Below are positions 56,047 to 64,000 of a stretch of DNA of 64,000 nucleotides, in pieces (the stretch's first letter is position 1; each line of letters opens with the position of its first letter). Made by a program: the position numbers and the translations under genes. The notes beneath the pieces were generated by a model. That model was given only the letters and a program-made list of their open reading frames with translations. It was not told the origin of the DNA and ran no database searches. This stretch comes from Eledone cirrhosa (lineage: Eukaryota), in the NCBI GenBank assembly GCA_964016885.1, contig CAXHJY010001203.1:1-64000 (forward strand), read 5' to 3'.

Positions 56047-57065
56047 AAAATGTGCTGCACAGTTGGATAAAACAGGGAGCCTTGCAGTTGCGAAACGAAT
56101 TTCTTAACTCTAAAACACCGCGTGGACCCATATTAGGGGAAAGGCGAAACAAAAGTTCTGCTGTGCTTGCTTTCCTCATTTTGAATAAAAATCAGCTTAT
56201 ATACTTTTCAATCAGCTTATATACTTATATTCCTTTCAGATTTTGCAGGTCTTATAAGAATATTGAATTAACCCAGTACTTTTCCGTTATGTATTTTATC
56301 GACCCCCAGAAGGATGAAGAGCAAAGCTGACCTCGGTGAGATTTGGAATCAAAACGTAGGGAGCCGTAACGACTGCAATGTATTTTGTCTGGCGATTTAA
56401 GGGTTCTGTCCATACATCGGACCGTGCTGATGGGTACGTGTTATTTATAGATTGGCAGAATCTTTAGAGGTTCAGAAAAATGCTTTGCACTATTTGTTCC
56501 GGCTCTATACCCCCTGAGTTCCAATCCCACAGAGGTCAGCTTTGCTTTTTATTCTTCTGGGGACAATAATATAAAATAACATAGAGTACTGGAGTCGATA
56601 TAATCAACTTCCACCTATTCCCAACCTTCCTAATTGCTGGCTCTGTGCCAAAATTAGAAACCATTATTTGTTATTCTTAGGTTTTGAATACCCCCTATTA
56701 ATTTTCAGACTCTCCTCCCGCTTTTATTCGGTTCTCTTATGCAATCCAAGATGTAATTTATGCATTTGTTGTTATGAGGATGGTATCTTCAGATGAAAAT
56801 CCAATTTTGTTTTGTGATATGCCACAGGCAAAAAACACATTCTTTTCATGTGCCCAGCTGGCATCTAAGTTCCTAAAGGGTCTTCCCAGCCGTTGTGTTT
56901 ACAATTTGTGGAGTGAGGCGTTATCTATGTGTCAATTAGTGAATCTGGTCACATGTACCCACCGCAGAACTGTGGTCGTAAATTACCAAAAGGATAGCCT
57001 TTCAACCGTAGCTAGATTTCAACAGATAGTGGGAGTAATAAAAGGAATTCTGAGGGAGGACGATA

Positions 57066-57255
57066 TATAAGGGTGGGCTGACTATGAAGAAGTGATGTTA
57101 CAGCTGTGAAATCTTGCAAGCATTAATTTCAACTCTTCTTATTAATAACTGTATTATTTCTTTCCAGAAACTATGTTGTAAAACCTACCCCATTTGGTCA
57201 TTCCATGAGAATATCTTGGTCAACCTATGAACTTTTTAACAGACCCCGGTGTATA
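57066..57255. mobile_element. Decayed Tc1/mariner-type MITE
   Basis: TA-flanked ends agggtgggctgac... / ...gtcaacctatgaactttttaacagacccc resemble mariner TIRs; degenerate. Confidence 0.4.
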
Positions 57256-57677
57256 TATATATATATAGATCATCATTGTACTGTAGTGTTCTCCCGTGTT
57301 GTTTTTCTGCACATGCAAATGAATCTTTATTCGTTGGTGAACAACCTTTATGTATGCAGTGGTACTAGAATTGGCTTCTTTTTCGGCTGCGATCACTGAC
57401 TTCTGAAAAATTGGTCTGATTAGAAACCGCACACATTATTGTTATAACTCATGGGGTGGTGGATTGGCAGTATCGGTAGGAGGTCAGACGCCATACTTTG
57501 CAGCACAGTTACGTCCCTTTACGGACTGAGTTCAAATATCGTCGAGGTTTGAACTTTGCCTTTCATCCTTACGGGGTCATAAAATAAAGTACCAGTAATG
57601 TACTAAGTAAATGCTGGCCTTGTGCCAAAAGTAAAAACAATTATTGTTATATCTTATGATAATGTAAGTGTTAAAAT

Positions 57678-58252
57678 TGGAAAAAATGAAATTTCATTTC
57701 TAACTCTTAGTACGGCTGATACTTAAATATAAGTGTACAGACATACAGTAGTATGTATATACATACATGCACACACACATATATATATATATATGTGTAC
57801 GTATGGGTTTACCGAACATTTATTATAGTGCTCGGTTTGTTTGTAAACAAACAGCCCGAATTATTAGCCGTACAGTGTTCGGCAACCATCGTTGCCATTT
57901 TGTTCAACACTGACAAAGGAACGATGAACTAGTTTCTAGCTTATTAGCTGTCATCAGCACCGTATACCTTCCTGTCAGTTGATTGAACGTTTCAAAGTAT
58001 ATACTTTTCTTATGCATATTAACGGCTGGACAGCCTAATTTGCATATCGAGTGAGTTAGTCGGCCGGGCGTACCGAAAACGATAAATGGAAAAAATGAAA
58101 TTTCATTTCTCACTCTTAGAATGGCTGATACTTAAATATAAGTATGTAATCGTACATACATATATGTATACAGACGTACAGTAGTATGTATATACATACA
58201 TACATGCACATATATATATATGTACGTATGGGTTTACCGAACATTTATTATA
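57678..58252 (-). mobile_element. Retrozyme-like element: ~409-bp non-coding unit in 1.4 tandem copies with a minimal HHR
   Basis: 57678-57827 is repeated at 58087-58252. HHR at 57921-57963: acggug-CUGAUGA-cagcu aaua agcua-GAAA-CUAG-UU-caucgu. Confidence 0.8.
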
Positions 58253-58863
58253 ACGTCAAAATAAATAATATCAAAATCTCGTAGATTCGATACTATATTA
58301 TATGAGATAACTATGTAAGACAACGCTTTTACTGTGGTAATACAATAGTAAATATAGACTAATGTAAATAGTAAAGGGTTAACGTAATTCTCAGGAAGAT
58401 TAGGCATGTCACAGTGCTTGACATAACTAGCCATTTTAATTACAAATACAGTACACCTGACAAGCTTCTAAACAGAATCCGTCTATCCAATTTCACTCGC
58501 AATGGTTAGGTCGACAAGAGGCTATGGTAAATAACACCAAGATCCTACGCAGTAATATCGAACCCAAGGTCTAATGTTTGCGAAACGAATTCTTTAACGA
58601 TTCGGCTATCACGCTACAGCAAATAAAGTCTGACGACCACTACACATTTTATTTTTATTCGTCATAGTCAGTAATCTAAATTGTTATGTTTTATTATTTG
58701 TTGAAAAGTTCATCTTGTTCATACTTATAATTTCAAGTTATTATCATCCTTTTTGCCTCCAGACTTTTTGAGGCAGTATTCAACGGCCAGAACGTTCTTC
58801 CTGACGCCAAAGTATGGTATTTATTCCACTGATCTTCAGACCGCATCTGTTGATCCAACTATA

Positions 58864-59500
58864 TATATATGATTTTTAAAGCGATGAAATACCAATGAAG
58901 GTTGGAAAATCACTGACGAAGGCCTTTTTTTCATATGTAACCCATGTGCAACCACGCAGTATTCTTTCTTCTCATGTTTTTTATATATATTTTCCTCGGC
59001 TGCGTTTGTCTGTTTCTCTCTTACTGCTTCCCCGCTCTCTCTGTTTCTCTCACCTTCTTTCGTCCCCTCTGTTAGTTACACTTTCTCTTGACTGGCCACT
59101 TCCACTCACTCACACTCTGTTTCTCCCCTTCTCACTTCCTCCCGTTTAGCTTGTAGTGGGTTCTCTTCTTGCTCACATCTCACTCACGTCGGGTGGTCTG
59201 TATCTCGCTCGCTCGCTCATGAAATCCACCCAGCTTAAGCTGACCGGATAACCATGTTGCTTGTTTTTTCCTATCTTTGCGTTGCTATCAATACTTCTAT
59301 GTTTGTTTACTTGTCTCGCTCGCTTTACGCGATTCACTTGTCCCAATAGCTTTATTTAGCTATTGCTCGCATCAACCGGAGGTATATGATTTTTAAAGCG
59401 ATGAAATACCAATGAAGGTTGGAAAATCACTGACGAAGGACTTTTTATCATATGTAACCCATGTGCAACCACGCAGTATTCTTTCTTCTCATGTTTTATA
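58864..59500 (+). mobile_element. ~517-bp non-coding unit with ~115-bp terminal direct repeat in (TA)n
   Basis: 58866-58982 is repeated at 59383-59497. The repeat contains aaaauca-CUGACGA but no downstream GAAA. Confidence 0.6.
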
Positions 59501-59551
59501 TATATATATATATATACGTGTATATATGTAAGCTTGTGAGTATATATATAT

Positions 59552-59603
<52 letters not shown>

Positions 59604-60090
59604 CCACACGCGCGCATATATATAAACGTGTGAGTACGTATATATATATATACATACATACACACACATACGCGTGCATATATGTAAGCGTGTGAGTACG
59701 TGTGTGAAGAGAGAAATATTGATGAGATACTGAAGAATCAAGGATATAGTGGATTGTTAGAATTGTTAGAACGTCGGATATTAGGTATTTGTTTTGGTGC
59801 TTTACATTTTGTGTTCAATTTCCGCTGAAATCAACTTTGCCTTTCATCTTTTCGGGGTTGATAAAATTATGTAGTCAAGTACTCAAGTAGATTAACTAAC
59901 CCCTCCTCCCAAAATTCTGATTTTGTATCTCTATTAGAAACGATTTTCATTATTTTGGCATGTCAACTTTTATTTTCAATAAGATTGTTTCATCAAATAA
60001 CTTCGAGAGAATTTTCTCCATCATAAAATTTTGCCGATTGTCTGATATGTAAATATAGACTGAAAGTAACCTACTTAGTTGAAATTTAAT

Positions 60091-60265
60091 TGTTTCTACT
60101 TTAGGCACAAGGCCAGCAATTACCAAGTGTATTACTGGTACTTTATTTTATCGACCCCGTCAGGATGAAAGCCAAAGTTAACCTCGGCGGGATTTGAACT
60201 CAGACCGTAAAGGGACGTAACTATGCTGGAAAGCATGGCGTCCGACCCTCTACCGATACTGCCAA
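60091..60265 (-). mobile_element. Young SINE copy with 12-bp TSD
   Basis: TSD ttgaaatttaat at 60079-60090 and 60266-60277. Confidence 0.9.
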
Positions 60266-60429
60266 TTGAAATTTAATGAAATGACATCAGATTCACAAAT
60301 ATTGCCATTGTTCTTTCAAATGCACAAACGATAATGACATTATAACGCGTGCGAAATGTATATTTCAGAAAACTATATTAAGAGTAGATACATTTGAGTT
60401 AGACTTATAGTCTAAGTGCTCCTGTTTTT

Positions 60430-63400
60430 CAGTAGTTTGATTGTAATCGTGATAATTGGGAAATTTACCTTGAACATCTTAATGCATATTTCAAAACGTA
60501 CAACATTGTCGTGGCCAATAAAAAGAAATCATTTCTGCGATTCCTTATTACACTGACGATCAACTATCCGATTGCGAAGAACGAGACAGTTTCTTATAAA
60601 ATAACTACTGACAAATTGGCCGACCATTTCGGGAAACTCAGCATTATCTGATAACATCTAATAAATTGCATCAATATATAATGAAGACGGGTTAAATATG
60701 TTGATTGGGAATTTGAGATAAAATTGTAAGTTTAAAAATTCGTAAATAATGCATTGAATAGCGTCGATCGGCTGATATGTCACAGTTATGTTACACGAGG
60801 AAATACGACGTGTGTGGTTTTACAATGAAATCTATGATTTGGAGATATATTAATGCTCATAAAATCCATTGTTCGTACTAAAGAAGTCGAAAAACCACTT
60901 AGTGGTACGATATTATCGATATCTCTGTAATTTCGTTGGATTAAATTTAAAATGATAAAAATAAAGTTGCTTGTAATTAAAATTCAAATAAAAATTAAAT
61001 AACCAATGGAAAACTTGTGTAAATTGTTATAATGATCACGAATAAAGATATTCTTCATTTAAGAATAGGAAATATAATTCATATTAAAAAAATGAGTCAT
61101 ATAGCGTTGGCGTGCATGACAACAAATCGAAATTACAAGGCCCAGCCTACTATAAAAATTATAGTCTACGTGATAATGATTCTATTGGTAGTATAATACG
61201 AATCAAATTAATTGACCATTGAAGCTAATTCAGTATACATTAAAAACGTTAGGAAGAAATCGGGAATAAATGTTATATTTCAACACCAATCAATAGTAAA
61301 TGGATTGATTTAAATATAAAATTGTCGGACCTCCACTATTAAACCTATACCAATAGCAGTATAGGTTTATCGCAATAACGAAATTCCACTTAAAGTAAAA
61401 TGCCTATAACATACTAAAATTAGAAATAAATAACTGAAAGTTGGAAAATATTGATAGTTTTTGGAATGAACTGTTTAAGGATTTCTTGTATATCTATGCC
61501 AATAAAATTACTGGTTTTGTTCCTAATAGTTTCTAACTTAGGGCGCAGACGGATGATTGAGTTGAGTCCAGTACTTTACTGGTACTTTATTTTAATGGCC
61601 ACAGAAGGATGAAAGGCAAAGTTGACCCCGGTGTGACAAGAACCCTGAAGGTCGTAATAATATAAAGCATCTCATCCGACGCTCTACCAGCCCTGCCAAT
61701 CCACACCCCTTTATTTTTAATACTTTTGATAATTCAACAGATTTGAATATTGAAAATAAAGTTGATTTATAAACTAAAAATTCCGTAGTAATTTCACCTA
61801 CATTAAATCCTTACGCGTAAATACAGGTCCTAATTCTACTATATCACAGTATGAAACGAATTTATTGGAAAGCCAGGCTGTTACTAGTTTCAAACGCCGA
61901 ATTGATAAAAGAATTGGAACGTAAACTGCTGGTCAGTACATAGATTACAGCCACTGGGATGCGGCAATCGTTGATCTTTGGAATCAAAACGGAAAAATTT
62001 ATTATCAACAAATGGGCTGAATACTTAAATATAAACTATTTTATAAACTGAGGATGGGCACCAGCGTAATGGATTTATAAGGTCGAGAAGATTCATAAAA
62101 CATATTTGTAATAAATACTCCTTTTAGTCTTCATAGGTAGTTCGGAGTTTTCAGTGCACCTGTTGTATTTCAACATCAAATGTTATCTGTAATAAAGCTG
62201 ATTATCAGAATGAGATTAATATCACCGGGACGACGGGGGAGTATTCAAACAAAAAAATATTTAATCAGTTAAAATTCTGGCTTAAATTGTCAAGAAAAAT
62301 GCCAGATTTCCCCACAGGAGTCGACTATCTTGACAATATTATTAACGCATTTAATTAAAGATTACTCGGAAAAAATTACTGATTCCACAAATGTGAATGA
62401 AGTATTAGCATTTGTCTCGAAAGTCAAATGTTATCGCATGTCCATTAAGTCCATGGCAAACTTTGCTGCACCGTTATATTTCATAAAAATGTAGCGGTGA
62501 AGTTTTCTGATGATTGTCGACAAACATTTGGGGAGTTGAAGCAACTGATTGAGTACACAGATCTCATATATTAAAGTGAAAATTCACCACTGCCTTAGGC
62601 AGATATATCGCTAGTATGTGTTGGAGATATTCTGATACATCTAAAACATTAAATGCATATGAACAACGATATTAGCAAATATATAAAGACAGATTATTAT
62701 ATTCGGTTTTCACAAATTTAATAAATTTCTATATGGGCAACGTTTTGAATTCATAACTGATCACAAATCGCTAATATATATTTTCTCACCGGGTGAAAAT
62801 ATACCGGTAATCACATCTCAGCTACTGCAGCATTGAGTGATGTTATTCGCACCGTAATAACAAATACAATACAATATGATAGAAGGTTCAAATTAATACA
62901 AAAATTATAATTCATCATTATAAACACCAATTAGACCTGATTATGATTTTGATAAAGTCATGAAAATTTTTTAATTTAGATTCAAAATACATTCAAATAA
63001 TTGAAACTCTCAATTGAATACGAATTATGAGTAAGGAAATTGAATCACCCATGAAGTCTGATATCAATATTATATTTACTGCTGTTAATCCGGGTTGCTT
63101 ATTCGTTCGGCCGCTGCACGCTTATATCACAACTAACCATCATATCTGGTGGTCGTGTCGCTCTCCGCCACCCGTTCTCCAGCAGAACAGCTCTGCTGAG
63201 AATATCATTGATTTGTTTTCGAAACTTTCAAATGTTGTTTCCAATTAATAATAAAACTGAGAGATTACAGCTCCGATATTATGGGTATGTGGTTAGAATG
63301 TCTCAGGAAAGAATTACTGGACAGATTTTATGGACAGGAGACCCAAGCAAGATGGTTGGGTAACATCCATGAGGTTGGCTAGTCTCGCTTGGGGATCCAG

Positions 63401-63850
63401 CCGGATCAGCTGGAGATGGCTGCTTCTGACAGGACCCGCTGGAAGGAGTGTTTGAGGACTCTGTAACCACGACCCTCTCAGGAAAAAGTGAGGAAAGAAG
63501 AAGAAGACATTGGTAATACTCAGTAAAACTTTCGATATTTAATGATTGGCCGATGGAACTGTTTATGCCCTCTAAATTCACATTATTTTGCAATCAAATC
63601 GATATTTGGTCTGATTGGCCTTTCATCCGTTTGCAAACAAGAAATTCGAATAGTATTGAATATCATTAATTGGTGGAAGAACAATCAAATATTTTCTTCT
63701 CATAACGTTCTGCGTATATATGTCACATGCTTTGTTTCACTGATAAATGGACCTCCATTAGATCATAATTGGAGAACAACACTCGGATGCAAATTTCTTT
63801 GTTGGCTGTCTCATGCCAGGTGTGAATATTGACTCTAGAGAAAGTATTCT
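60430..63850 (+). pseudogene. Highly decayed Ty3/Gypsy (Mag-like) gag-pol remnant
   Basis: RT fragments DYSHWDAAIV (~61940) and NVNEVLAFVSKVKCYR..ANFAAPLY (~62390-62480); RNase H IIFGFHKFNKFLYGQRFEFITDHKSLIYIFSP (~62695-62790). Interrupted by a SINE and an RTE fragment. Boundaries are approximate. Confidence 0.75.
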
Positions 63851-64000
63851 GATTTGAAACGTCGAAAAGTCATTATTATCTCGTAGCCATATAAAGCGAT
63901 GTAAAGACTTTTTAATTTCTATCTTACAACATAATGGTATAATAACATTCTGAATGGGTGCTGTTATTTCTTATCTTCAGATAAGCTCTGGTCTAGCAAT

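Noticed and set aside
55665-56330. 221-aa ORF
   Set aside because: Runs through two antisense SINE copies; chance open frame.

Overview
AT-rich eukaryotic intergenic or intronic DNA, very likely cephalopod (octopus-like), judged from the huge (TA)n/(TATG)n/(CA)n arrays and the Nin-/Meta-domain tRNA-SINE families. I recognise no host protein-coding exon; almost all ORF-track entries are microsatellite artefacts. The first ~35 kb is a (TA)n sink densely colonised by Penelope-like retroelements (PLEs). It holds one apparently intact element (813 aa from the first ATG; RT plus C-terminal GIY-YIG; Hydra-clade-like) at 701-7414, three 5'-truncated relatives from other families, and many short 3'-end fragments. 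A PLE of a second clade, with a large internal inversion, lies at 38060-41190. On both strands I find about 14 hammerhead ribozyme (HHR) motifs from about 12 distinct families. Several have variant catalytic cores (U4A, U4C, covaried U3-A8, CUGAGAA), a mismatched base of stem II, palindromic stem III, or stem II expanded to 50-116 nt. Many insertions share an asymmetric fold-back architecture: two overlapping copies of the 3' end point outward, one full-length and one stopping at an internal TA-like microhomology. Several non-coding 400-550 bp partial-tandem units look like retrozymes. Also present: an RTE LINE with a twin-priming inversion interrupted by nested PLEs, bipartite RTE-derived non-autonomous elements, a decayed Mag-type Gypsy, a hAT MITE and many SINEs. 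Coordinates were read by eye and may be off by a few bases.
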